From: Mobula hypostoma
Taxonomy: Eukaryota
NCBI RefSeq assembly: GCF_963921235.1
Contig: NC_086109.1
Location: 3,598,001 to 3,662,000 of the forward strand
Length of the DNA: 64,000 nucleotides
Reading direction: 5' to 3'
Below are positions 36,075 through 48,260 of the stretch, piece after piece (the first letter of the stretch is position 1; every line of letters begins with the position of its first letter). Below the pieces are notes generated by a model. It saw only the letters and a list, made by a program, of their open reading frames with translations, searched no databases and had not been told where the DNA came from. A program made the translations under genes and the position numbers.

Positions 36075-36735
36075 TAGGCTCATAGAGCGCTGCAGGCCAA
36101 TCAGCCCATCTAGTGTTTGCCGAACTGTTATTCTGCCAAGTCCCATCGACTCGCAGCTGGACCATAGCCTCTCCCTTCCGCGTACTTATCCAGACTTGTC
36201 TTAAACATTAAAACTGAACCCACGTGTGTCACTTCCACTGGCAGCTTCTTCTACACTTTCACCACTATCAGAGTGAAGAAGGTCCTCCTCATGTTCCCCT
36301 TAAATATTTCACCTTTCGCCCTTAACTTATGATTTCTAGTTCTAGTCTCTTCCAAACTCGGTGGGAAAAAAATCCTGCTTGCATTTACCCATTCTATACC
36401 CCTAGTAATTTTTTTCAAATCTCCTCTCATTCTCCTCCACTCCAAGGAAAAAAAGTCCTAACCTAGTCAACCTTTCCCTATAACTCAGGTCCTCAGGATT
36501 CAGCAACATCCTTGTAAATATTCTTTGTACTCTTTCAATCTTATTGACATCTTTCCTGTAGGTAGATGACCTGAACTACACACAATACTCCAAATTTAGC
36601 CTCACCAATGTCTTATACAACTTCAACATCTCATTTCAACTCCTATGCTCAATACTCTGGATTAGGAAGTCCCGTGTGCCAAAACCTCTCTTTACAAACC
36701 CATCTACCTGTGATGCCACTTTCAAGGGATTATGG
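36075..36735 (-). mobile_element. CR1 3' fragment
   Basis: RRMRGDL...TRTRNHKL...MRRTFFT motif on the minus strand. Confidence 0.75.
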
Positions 36736-38179
36736 TCTTGTGTGCGTTCTGTCAAGAGCGGGGAGCTGCTGTGAGGGTGGGGCTTGGTAGATGTAAATCG
36801 TGCGGATGTCTGCTGCAGCAAATGTGTTTTTCTGTGCTATTGAGCCAATGGAGGATACTGATGGTCACTGAACGACAATTACACACGCAGTTGCTAATGG
36901 CCACGGTGTTAACAGGTGTTTTGTGTGAGGTTTCAGCTGAAGTGCATTGGCAGTTCTGTGACTGACTGCAGCTTAACACAAGCTGCTAAAGTGATTGACA
37001 GCTGGACTTGGTCGTTTTTAATTTACATTAATCGTGGTGGCTCTAACACAAATCCAATCACTTTATTGAAAACAGACTGATGCTGCCTGGTTACTGAGGG
37101 CGGAGCCTGCGCATCCTGAGAACACTGTTTAAGTTTGCACAGAGTGCTTTTGATTCCTGCCTTCAGCAAAGGTCAGGCCAGCTCTTCTCGGATTCAGCAG
37201 CGTGCCATGGATTTTTCCTCTGTCTTTGAATCAGCTTTAACCATCTTTATGTTCTGTTGGCTCAGCCCCTTCATCCTTTCTTTGTATTCCTGCTTTATTG
37301 ATCAGTTTGTTTTTAACTTGTACATGCCTGCAGAAATTTCAGAGCCGAGACAGGGTGGGCTTGCGTTAGAACAAGGTGGTCTCTCTAAGCAGCTGGTTGA
37401 CTTTGTGTGACAGAGGTCTTGCAAGAGGATGAATGGCACGGTAGCATTGTGGTCATTGCAACATTATCGTAGCACCAGTGAGCCCGGTTCGATTCCCCCA
37501 CTGTCTGTAAAGAGTTTGTACACTTTCCCAGCGCAGCGTCATTGGGCTGGAGGGGCCTGGTACCATACTGCATCTCGAACTAACTCATTAATTAGCTAAC
37601 TAACTAAATAGATAGGTAGATAAAAAATTGTGTTCAGCTCTGAATGATCTTTGCAGTCTAATTTCTCATGAACGAGGAGTGTAGATGGCAGGCAGAAATG
37701 TCTAATACAAGGGGGCATAATTTTAAGGTGATTGGAGGAAAGTATAGGGGATGTCAGAGGTAGGTTTTATTACACAGAGAGTGGTGGGTGTGTTGAATGC
37801 ACTGCTGGGGTGGAGATAGAAGCAAATGCATTAAGGACATTTAAGAAACTCTTAGGCCTACAGATGATAGAAAAATGGAGGGCAATACAGGATGGAAAGG
37901 TTAGCTGGATCTTGGAGTCGGTTAAATACCACATTGTGGCTGAAGAGCCTGTACCATGCTGTACTGTTCTATTTCCAATGGAAATAAAGTATATTACCAT
38001 TCTGTTACTGCATCCGTCCAAAAGCAGCATGGAAGCACCTAGACCAGAAGTTCAGGAGGGTGGCTCTGCCATCATATTGTCAAGGACAGTCAGTGATGGG
38101 CGAATGGCAATGGTTATTTGGCGATGGGTTGGCAATAGGTGGTGTGCATGGACGGTTTGCCTGGTGGTTAGAAATGGGT

Positions 38180-38525
38180 ACTGGTCAATGGATGGTTTAC
38201 TGTGCGGCTGGCATGGGTGGTAGTCAGTGGACGGTTTTCTGGGCAGTTGGCATGGGTGGTAGTCAGTGGATGGTTTTCTGGGCAGTTGGCATGAGTGGTA
38301 GTCAACGGATGGTTTTCTGGGCAGTTGGCATGGGTGGTAGTCAATGGATGGTTTTCTGGGCAGTTGGCATGGGTGGTAGTCAATGGATGGTTTTCTGGGC
38401 AGTTGGCATGGGTGGTAGTCAATAGATGGTTTGCTGGGCAGTTGTAATGGGTGGTGGTAAAAGGGTGGTTTGCTGGGCAGTTGGCATGGGTGGTAGTCAA
38501 TGGATGGTTTGCTGGGCAGTTGGCA
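38180..38525. repeat. 39-bp tandem repeat, about 8 copies
   Basis: Unit GGCATGGGTGGTAGTCAATGGATGGTTTTCTGGGCAGTT. Confidence 0.9.
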
Positions 38526-39919
38526 ATGGGCAGTTGGCATCTGGCTGTTGGTGATGGTCATTGGCGAAGGGCCATATCCACTAGTTTTGCTGGTGACACC
38601 TACTTAAGGACATGACCACTTCAATACAGCACAGAGTGTTCAGTCTGCAGTAATCTCTGAGAAATGGCCTGTGTGGCTCCTGGCTGTTTTGCAGCGGCAC
38701 CTGTTTGTCGGGTAATGCATTGTCTCTGACAGTAAGTCCACCCCCAGATCAATCCCCTCTGTCCATGCCAACAGCTCCATTTGCAGCGTAGCACTAATGG
38801 CTATGACTGTATCTTGCTCCTCACTGTCAGTCTGATAAATCAACTTACAGTGAAGAGGGGGGTTGGCAGAGCTGCGGCGATGAAGTATTCACATATCGCA
38901 TTTTATTCTTCAGTCAAATTACATCCAGGAAGATAGTTGCACCTTTTGTTTTGAGGCAGTCGGGATCTGGATTTGACGTTGAGAGTCGAACCTTACACTG
39001 ACTGTGCAGTATCAGGTGATGCTGTTTCTCAGCACGAGAGGCTCCTGAGAATATATTAACAAAAGAAGGATAAAGTTCTGTAGCTAATTTGATTAAAAAT
39101 AGAAAGAGTAATCCTTTAGAGCCAGTGATTATTCTTGGATTCTCTGGAAATATTCATCAGATCAGCTAAAAACTCTGAGGTGATTACTGAAAGAGGTGCA
39201 ATGATTGATTTAAATTTTGAAATTATTGTGTAATTATTTTAGTTTGCTGGTTCTAATTTTGAACCCTCCAAATGGGTGATAGTTTGATTGAAGTGTCCCA
39301 CTTGAAGCTTGTTCAAGCCGTCAGTGATTGTAAATGCATTACAGTGCCGTATTGTGTTGTGATCTTGTGCTGCCAAACTATTTTAACTGACCAAAGGGAG
39401 ATTTGTTTGTTAATGTGCAAGTATTTAACAACAACCAGCTCCCCAAATTCCCAGCAGAGGGAAGGCATTTGCCTCCATCTCATTCCCGGCACAAATGTAC
39501 AGAAAATGTTACTGATTGCATCTCTTTGACAAAACACGTTCAGGTTGACTCTTGATTTGATGAATGGTGTAATATGCACCTTGTGATACATAATAAGCAC
39601 AATCTATTATGATAAAACATGTTGTCTTTATCAGGATACGCAGCAGACTCTTGCTCAAAAGGCTGTGTGGTTCATTCAAATGACTGGATTAATCCCCATA
39701 ACGAGGGCTCTCATTCTGGGCTATTTCCTCAGCATGCGTAGCTCGTTGTACCCTGGACAGCACTGCGGTCAGTTTTAAGATCAAGGCCGTGTACAGCCCC
39801 AGAGAAAAGCCTCTTGTCTAATCAGGAGGGCATGTGTTTCACTTGCAAGGGGTACATATGAAACCAGTGGACTCTGACCAGCAGCAAGCTATGGTAAAGT
39901 GGAGGAATAGGCATTCGGA

Positions 39920-40445
39920 TCATAGAAAAGTACAGCTCAGAAACAGGCCCTTCGGCCCATCTAGTCCGTGCAGAATCCTTTTAAACTACCTACTCCCATG
40001 GCCCGCCATATCACTATCATCTATGTACCTATCTAAACATTGCTTAAACGTTGAAATCGAGCCCGTGTATACCACCTTGTGCTGGCAGCTCTTTCCACTC
40101 TCTCATGATGCTCTGAGTGAAGAAGTTTCTCCTCAAGTTCCCCCTAAACTTTTCAGCTTTCAACCTGAACCCATGACCTTTGGCTGTAGTCACACCCAAC
40201 CTCAGTAGAAAGAGCATTTACCCCATCCATATCCCTCAGTGTACTTCGATCAAATTTCCTCTCAGTCTAACTTCTAAGGAACAAAGTCCTAACCTATTCA
40301 GTCTTTCCTTATAACTCAGGTCCTCCAGACCCAGCAAAATCCTTGTAAATTTTCTCTGTACTCTTTCAATCTTATGAAAGCCTATATGCCAAAAGCTTTC
40401 CTTACGACCCTGTCGACCTGTGATACTACTTTCAACGAATTATAG
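39920..40445 (-). mobile_element. CR1 3' fragment
   Basis: Homologous to 36075-36735 (CCTTATAACTCAGGTCCTC, CCTTGTAAATTTTCTCTG). Confidence 0.75.
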
Positions 40446-40509
40446 AATTAATTGCCTATTCCTCAAATTTTTCATAAAGCAATAAGCATTTTGATAGTGG
40501 TACAATTAG

Positions 40510-40892
40510 TTACTGCTTGTTACGCCGCTGGCATTTAGGTCTGCAGTGAAGGCCCTTCATCTCTGGCTGCGTTCAGGCCTTCCTTTATCGAGTCAGTAGC
40601 TCAGCTTTCACCACTGTCAGCCATGCAAGTCCCAGCAGGAACACCGTCACACTCAGATGTAGAAGGATTCTTCATTGCTGTTTCTGTAATAATTTACCAG
40701 TCAGAGTTGTTAACCCTGAGCTGAGGACGAGTGGACCACTCTTCGTCTGGACTCTACCCTTTGACCTGTTTGGCGTGGGCGACCCTATGAAGAGCCAAAG
40801 CATAAAGCCCTGACTCCAGCCAACGTAGTGCTTTGGGCCGTTGAGGCACGCAAGCTTCCAAACCTACGACGAGGTTGTGGTCCTCTTGGAGG
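40510..40892 (-). mobile_element. Non-autonomous RTE-type element (5' UTR joined to 3' tail)
   Basis: Minus-strand 5' end CCTCCAAGAGGACCACAACCTCGTCG...GCTTGCGTGCCTCAA resembles RTE/Rex3 5' UTRs; second copy at 49808-50013. Confidence 0.6.
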
Positions 40893-41209
40893 TGATGGTA
40901 GTCTAACAGCCGTTAACCTCTGGTTCTACAGGTGATATGTTGGTGATAGTTGTTCAGAAACCTCCTCAAGCTGGCCTGGTTGAAATCTCCCACAATATTA
41001 GGGAAGGAACCCCTGTGCACGGTTTCATGATTGCTGATCACAGTGCTCAGCTCTGACATTGATCAGAGGTGGAATATACACTGCTGACAAGAGGTGGATG
41101 AGGGTAGACAGCCCTCTCACAGGTAAAATGCCAGAGATATTAAGCCCCATTCTGATTCTGAATCAGATGTTCACTGAGCTCTCCAGGCATAATCACACAT
41201 TGGTCAGAA

Positions 41210-41945
41210 ACCATATCTTGAGGTCAAAAGCTTTAAGTTCCTCGGGGTCAATATCACAAATGACCTGACTTAGTCCAACCAAGCAGAGTCCACTGCCAAG
41301 AAGGCCCACCAGCGCCTTTACTTCCTGAGAAAACTAAAGAAATTTGGCCTGTCCCCTAAAACCCTCACTAATTTTTATAGATGCACCGTAGAAAGCATTT
41401 TCCTAGGGTGCATCACAACCTGCTATGGAAGTTGTCCTGTCCAAGACCGAAAAAAGCTGCAGAAGATCATGAACACGGCGCAGCACATCACACAAACCAA
41501 TCTTCCGTCCCTGAACTCACTTTACACTGCACGCTGTCAGAGCAGTGCTGCCAGGATAATCAAGGACACGACCCACCCAGCCAACACACTGTTCGTCCCT
41601 CTTCCCTCCGGGAGAAGGCTCAGGAGCTTGAAGACTCGTACGGCCAGATTTGGGAACAGCTTCTTTCCAACTGTGATAAGACTGCTGAATGGATCCCGAC
41701 CCGGATCTGGGCCATACCCTTCAAATATCCGGACCTGCCTCTCGGTTTTTTTTGCACTACCTTACTTCCCATTTTTCTATTTTCTATTTATGATTTATAA
41801 TTTAAATTTTAAATATTTACTAATTTTAACTATTTTTAATATTTAATATTTGTAATCCAGGGAGTGTGAAGCGCAGAATCAGATATCGCTGTGATGATTG
41901 TACATTCTAGTACCAATTGTTTGGTGACAATAAAGTATAAAGTAT
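41210..41945 (+). mobile_element. Rex/Babar LINE 3' fragment
   Basis: KFLGV...KKAHQRLYFLRKLKKF...IIKDTTHPANTLFVPLPSGRRLRSLKTRTARFGNSFFPTVIRLLN; tail GACAATAAAGTATAAAGTAT. Confidence 0.9.
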
Positions 41946-42669
41946 CTTCTCTGATGTTGATTTTCCAGCTTTTGAGTGACTGATTATGCATGAAACAGTT
42001 TAGTGAACAGTGGACCAACCTTCCATTAACAGCCCTTGGTGTTCTATCTCTGTGTTCTTAATTTACAGAAGTTATTCTGTGTGAGTGATGTGATTATGGA
42101 GCACCTCATTTGAGAGGAAGAAGGGACAGGGGCTCAAAGGATCTGGGTGGCCGGGGTCAGAGAACGGCACATCGCTTGTAAGGCTGGGGAGCATTAGTGA
42201 GGAAAAGCTGCCCAGTTTCCCCTTGCCAGTGGGGATGTATTAATCAGTCACTGTGTTATGTGTCAGGGACTTGGGACAATCGCCAACACTTCAAGCCCAA
42301 GCCATTGGATGTGACTACATCCCCTTTCCTGAACAAAGACCAAGCCTTTACCAGGTGTGAGTGAGCCAGGGACTCCAGGAACATTTTAGAGGTGGGGGCA
42401 TGGGAAGGGAGAGGGATCCATGGGTGGGTTGGGGAGACGGTGAGGATGAGGGTGGAGGACATGAAGCCTGAAATTGATAGTGGGGTTTTAGCTGATGCCC
42501 AGGGAGGCAAGGTAATGTGATTAGCCCAGGAGTGGGTCAGGGAGTTAGGCTCATATTGTGTGATCAGGATCCAGGGATGGTGAGTAGGGATATCGGTGCT
42601 CAGGGAGGTTGGAAAGTAGAGGGGGCTGGAGCCATGTATATCGTGGTTGAGCCTGATGATGAAACACCC

Positions 42670-43000
42670 CACTTTCTCTGACTTCCGGTATGGATGAGCA
42701 ATAATTTCCTAAAACTGAGCAACGATAAAACTGAAATACTTTTGTTTGGTTGCAAAGCCAAAAGCAATAAACTTCTTAATAAACTTGGGATCTTCGTTCC
42801 CCTTGTAAAATCAGAAGTAACAAAGCTGGCAGTCATCCTTGTTTCAGATTTGAAGTTTAAATGCCACATTAAGAAAGTGACCAAAGAAGCATTTCTACGC
42901 TTAGAAACATTGCACACGTACGTCTGTTTCTGTCTTGTAATGATGCTGAGAAACTAATTCACACCCTTACATTAAATAGACTAGATTACTGCCTTGCCCT
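42670..43000 (+). mobile_element. L2-clade LINE RT fragment
   Basis: WMSNNFLKLSNDKTEILLFG...LAVILVSDLKFKCHIKKVTKEAFLRL. Confidence 0.8.
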
Positions 43001-43834
43001 TTGGAGACTCTCTCCCCGGACTTGCCTCGCAAACTCTGAGCAACAGAAGGGTATCGTGTGTGCAAGGCCCGATCTGTCGTGCACACCGTGTCCACAGTCT
43101 GTCTATGGTGCACCCTCCCCAGAAGGTTCCTGCACCGAGGTTGTTCTGTGCTTTGTTCGATTGCTAAAGCAATAAAGATCTCAATTTCATGAAATAAGAT
43201 TTTAATTGAAGATGCTTATGAAATTGGTTGAAATTTCTTGTTGAACTTTTGATACTAATAAAGGTTCTACTGAGTTAAATGATTCCCATGTTGATGGTTG
43301 CCACATTTTTAATATCGCTTGTATTTAATTTTATTTCATTTATACCTGGTGTTAATCAAACTCAAGACCCTCGAGTGGCAGCAGAATGTCTACTGGGTTC
43401 AATAGAATGATTACATTCCGTCTTCTCCCCAGTGATAGCCTTTTCTCTACGCCCGCCACTGATCCTAACCCTGCCTTTATTATCTCTGTCTCGGACTTAG
43501 AGATTTATCCACCTCCCTCAGAGACTGGCTCTTTATTCCTCCTTTCCTCCTTTGTACTCTCTTACTCTCTTACTTTATCTCTCTCTCTCTCTCTCTCGCT
43601 CCCTCTCTCTCCCCCTCTCCCTCTCTCCCCCTCTCCCCCTTTTCACACTCGCTCCCGTACCAAGATTGCATTTCTCCCAAGAGGTTCTGAAGGTTAATTC
43701 TGAGGTCCTGAAGTGATTGTTGCAATATCAGTCTTATTGGTAAATGAATGAATAGGTTCAATATTCTCACATATACCAATGTACAGAGAAAATCTGTTTG
43801 CATGTCATCCAAACAGATCAATTTATTACGCAGT

Positions 43835-44042
43835 TCATTTGCTCATTATGTGCTGTGACATATGATGTGGCTGATCACGGTCTTTCCATGACCATGATTG
43901 TTCTTGGCAAATTTCTTCTACGGAAGTGGTTTGCCGTTGCCACCTTCTGGGCAGTGTCTTCACAAGACAGGTGACCTGCAGGCTAGCGGGGGGAAGGAGT
44001 GCCAGACACCTCCTTAGGAAGAGTCGTATATCTACCACCTCT
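43835..44042 (-). mobile_element. Short RTE-associated repeat (copy 4, internally deleted)
   Basis: Head and tail of the 17965-18315 family joined directly. Confidence 0.7.
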
Positions 44043-44554
44043 GGTGATGGATGGAAAATATTATCAAAGATAGAGGATTCAGCCCAGTATATCACAGGTA
44101 AAGCACTCCTAACCATTGAGCACATCTACATGAAACACTGTCATGGGAAAGCAGCATCTATCATCAAAGATCCTCACTGAACCCTCCCCTCACACCCCCG
44201 AGGCCATACTCTTTTCCCGCTACTGCCATCAGGTAGAAGGTACAAGACCCTCAGGACTCGCACCACCAGGTTCAAGAACAGTTACTACCCCTCAACCATC
44301 AGGCTCTTGAACAAAAGGGGATAACCACTCACCTGTCCATCCATTGAGATGTTCCCACAACCAGTGATCTCACTTTAAGGACTCTTCATCTCATTGTCTC
44401 ATGTTTTCGTTACTTATTGCTATTTATTCATATTTGCATTTGCAGAGTTTGCTGTCTCCTGCACTTCGGTTGATCTTTCATTGATACTGTTATAGTTACT
44501 ATTCTCTAGATTTGCTGAGTATGCCTGCAGGAAAAAAAATCTCAGTGTTGTATA

Positions 44555-45139
44555 ATTTTAATTCCACATCCCATTCCCATTCTGACATGTCTATCCACGG
44601 CCTCCTCTACTGTAAAGATGAAGCCACACTCAGGTTGGAGGAACAACACCTTATATTCCGTCTGGGTAGCCTCCAACCTGATGGCATGAACATTGACTTC
44701 TCTAACTTCCGCTAATGCCCCACCTCCCCCTCGTACCCCATCTGTTACTTATTTTTATACACGCATTCTTTCTCTCACTCTCCTTTTTCTCCCTCTATCC
44801 CTCTGAATATACCTCTTGCCCATCCTCTGGGTCCCCCCCCCCCCGTCTTTCTTCCCGGACCTCCTGTCCCATGATCCTCTCGTATCCCTTTTGCCTATCA
44901 CCTGTCCAGCTCTTGGCTCCATCCCTCCCCCTCCTGTCTTCTCCTGTCATTTTGGATCTCCCCCTCCCCCTCCAACTTTCAAATCCCTTACTCACTCTTC
45001 CTTCAGTTAGTCCTGACGAAGGGTCTCGGCCTGAAAGGTCGACTGCGCCTCTTCCTAGAGATGCTGCCTGGCCTGCTGCATTCACCAGCAACTTTTATGT
45101 GTGTTGCTTGAATTTCCAGCATCTGCAGAATTCCTGTTG
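44555..45139 (+). mobile_element. Penelope-like 3' fragment with terminal repeat and tail
   Basis: FNSTSHSHSDMSIHGLLYCKDEATLRLEEQHLIFRLGSLQPDGMNIDFSNFR*; perfect 13-bp TSD TCAGTGTTGTATA at 44542-44554 and 45140-45152. Confidence 0.9.
45009..45044 (+). ncRNA. Hammerhead motif copy with a stem-III substitution
   Basis: AGTC-CTGACGA-AGG gtctcgg CCT-GAAA(G)-GTC-GACT; G at 45037 where other copies have C. Confidence 0.5.
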
Positions 45140-45865
45140 TCAGTGTTGTATATGGTGATTTATATGTATGCTGATAACAACATCTACTTTGAACTTTCAA
45201 CCCTGCCGCCCCTTAGTGTATTGGTGAAAGCAGTAACAGAGTGCAGAATGGAGTGTTGCAGTTACTGAGAAAGTGCAGTACATTCTCAATGAATGGGAGT
45301 TGAATCCCGATTCTTCTCCTCCCTCTGGCCACTCTTCCAGGTTACATCCCTGAACCAGGAATGGATTCCAGCCCAGGGGGTGAATCTGTCCCAGGAGACA
45401 AGTATTTGCTGCCTCTTTACTCAGGAGGAGCTCACCTCAGGGGAAGGCACGTGGGACTGAGCAGAGGAAGGAATGGCTGGGAAAGGTTTGGAGCACCAGC
45501 CGAAACCAAGACCGATCAAAGAGCCTCCAGACAGGGCTGCTGATGGAGACAGATGTGATAAGGAGAGGGGCGAGGGGAGAACGACCAGGGCAGGAGGCAT
45601 CCTTCATTACGTTAACTCCTTTCCCGAGATAGCAAGTGTAGACAAGAGTCCATTTGAGGAGGCCCATTGCAGTGACGTGCTGAGTTGCATCCACAGCTCT
45701 GCAGTTTTTTTAAGTCAAAGGCGAAGCAATTTACTTGGAGAAATTTTCACAAATGTCAGGTTGGAATGTTAATCACAATGTGAATTTGAGAGTGCTGACG
45801 GGAGTTGTTTGATGTCACAGAGTGAACATTCACATCGCATTTACTCCCATTTTCCTTTGCTCCAG

Positions 45866-46000
45866 GTTCGCGTGGATGGCCCGTTTCAGGGAGATTCTCA
45901 CTACGAGACGGTGCAGGTGATGACAGACGGCAGTGCGATTCTCAGGGACATGGGCTTCTCCACAGACCTGCAGTATTTGTACGTCATGTCTGAACGGCAG
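45866..46000 (+). CDS. PLXNA2: Internal coding exon of a class-A plexin (end of Sema domain), most similar to plexin-A2
   Basis: Polypyrimidine tract plus CAG acceptor (AG 45864-45865) and donor GTAAGT at 46001. 135 nt, phase 0/0, translating [45 protein letters not shown]. It matches the plexin-A pattern IRxDGP...YE.V....[19 protein letters not shown]2 is preferred over A4/A1/A3 from recalled sequence ([17 protein letters not shown]); the paralog call is less sure than the family call. Confidence 0.9.
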
Positions 46001-47675
46001 GTAAGTGCCCGCCATCTCCCTACAGATTTGTTTTTGCTAATGCTAATTATGCACATGCTGCCAGGTATTGATCAAACATATACAGATCTGTGCGGGGGCC
46101 TTCACAAAAGAGCGATGGAGAACATCTAACAAAGTACTGCAGAACAAAGTGGAACGTTACTTAGTCTGATTGCCATGGATATGGGTTTGCAGTTGTGACT
46201 CAACTGTGCAAACCAAATAGACTTCCAGTTTGTAGATGATGCCTCTCGCTCCCTCGTCAGTGAGAGAGAGAGAGAGATCAGTGGCATTTCAAAGTGCTAG
46301 GTTATGGACTAGTTTCTGATGGATAGGATCACCGTCTCTTTGGGGACTTTGCTATTGCTCGCCTAAAGGTGGCTTGGGGGGCTGCTGATGCTTCCTGCTG
46401 GAACAACTGGGGGGGGGGGAGGTAGATGCTTTTGCTGCTTGTGTGTGGGAGGGGGGATGGGGGTTTTTTCTGTCTGTGAAGAGTAAGGATTTCAGGTTGC
46501 ATACTGTATACATTCTCTGATGTTAAATGGAACCAGTGAGCCGGTGGGCCTTAGCCACTGGCACGGCCCAGTATCTCCACTTGCAGTGAGCAATGGAACA
46601 CTGGGCAGTCTACCACTAGGTGTCTGCTTCCAGATGCTAGAAGACCCCGTGTTACTACTGGCCAGTAGTGAGATCATTTGATAACGTGTTTCTCAGGGTA
46701 AAATAGGGGTTTTGTGAGAGCTGAGATGAGGCTGTGACTTTATGTGAGAGGGGGCAGCTGCTGAGGAGGTTTCATAAAGTGGTGGAACGCTCTGCCAGGG
46801 GTGCTGATAAGGACATTTCAGGGATTCTTAAACCAGCACATGGATGAAAGGAAAATGGAGGCCCTTTACTGTGCTGTTGTTCTCTGTGTTCCGGGGTAAG
46901 ACAGCCGCACCAAGTGATTCCAATGAGGCAAGGCTCAACAAGGAACATTGATGAATGTAAGAAAGCATGGCTTCACAGACCTGCCCTGCTCATTAAACCT
47001 TCTAGCCTGGCGAGGCTATTGGAATCGATCTATCGGTTTGTTTCGTGCTGTCAATGAAGAGAACCGAGCTCCCTCATGTCCTGCACGCTCACGGATGGAC
47101 CGAGAACCAGGGTTTCCTGCCACCAGCGTACCCCTACGGCCAGAGCCAGCTTGCCCTGTCACCAGCTCTGGGCATCGCTGCTGTAAGTGACACAATTGTC
47201 CGTCACCGGCATCTGTCTGCAGGGACTGGGGTGAGTTGTGTGGCTCCCTCTTGCCTAGGTGATTGATAAAAGACCCACCCAAAAGGCTGATGAGTCGGAT
47301 TTACTGCAGCTACAGTACTCCACAGTGTGATCTTCTTACAGTACTGAGAGTTCAGTGTTTTTATAGGGCGGACACTTCTCCTGTTAAAGATTGTCACTGA
47401 AGTCCTTAGTAGACTTTGAATGATGAACCTCTGGAATTCTCTTACCCAAGGGTCGCGGAGACGAGCTGATGTGAAATATTTAATGTGCTGGTTGAATGAT
47501 CATGTGGTGGGGGGTGGGGGGGGGGCGGAACTGGCACAGAGAAATGAGACCTAATGTACATCAGTTATGATCATAGTTAATGATGGGATAGGTTTAAGTG
47601 GCCAAGAGGCCAACCCCCACTCCAATTTTTCTTGCATCTTCTGAACAATTATTGTATAGAAACACTTTGGATATA

Positions 47676-48260
47676 CAGTGGATTCCTGTTAATTGGGCAG
47701 TCGGTTAATTGGGACAGCCTCTTATTTGGGACAACTCTTAAAGAACAAATTGAGAAAATAGCTGGGATTTCCACTCCCTCCATTTGTTTGGGACACTATG
47801 CTGCTTAATTAGATCAGGAGATTGTCGGTGAAGAGTTTCTAACCAGTGGCCGTCACGTGACACCAATTAATTATATCAGGAGATTGTCGGTGTGCAGTTT
47901 CTAACCAGTGTCCACATGTGACACTGATTAATTAGATCAGGAGATTGTCGGTGAAGAGATTCTAACCAGTGTCCGTCACATGAACTTGTGTGGTCATTAG
48001 ACAGTACACCGTGTTTAGAGCAGACAGTTCTAAAATGGCGTCAGTTGTGTGTGTTCGTGCTCAAAAAACAGTGATGTTTTTCACTGATAGTTGGCGAGAA
48101 ATAAGCAGTAAGACAGTTCAGAACTCTTTTGCTCACCATGGTTTCAAGCATTCTGGCTCAGAAATGCCAGAAACAGCTGGACGTGAAAATGAAACGATTT
48201 CATTACTTCAACAAATTAGGCACTACAAAAAATTTGAAGGTATCAACAATCACCTTGAAT
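47676..48260 (+). mobile_element. Tc1/mariner pogo/Tigger-like non-autonomous element (right end not found)
   Basis: TA followed by the CAGTGGATTCC terminus; peptide FFTDSWREISSKTVQNSFAHHGF resembles the Tigger W...TI.N.F...GF motif; internal ~61-bp triplication. Confidence 0.65.

Larger units (their letters stand above)
44070..45200 (+). mobile_element. Rex/Babar 3' end whose UTR is split by a PLE
   Basis: AQYITG...IIKDPH, LPSGRRY, NSYYPSTIRLLN; the UTR resumes after 45140 and ends TTTGAACTTTCAA. Confidence 0.75.

Noticed and set aside
38052..38561. Repetitive Cys/His/Pro ORFs resembling metal-binding proteins
   Set aside because: An artefact of a 39-bp unit being divisible by three; no splice or homology support.
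42256..42672. 138-aa minus-strand ORF next to the L2 fragment
   Set aside because: No family recognised and a non-ATG start; cannot be supported without a homology search.
45809..46129. 106-aa ORF as a stand-alone gene
   Set aside because: Only 45866-46000 is plexin-like; the flanks are intron read-through past canonical splice sites.
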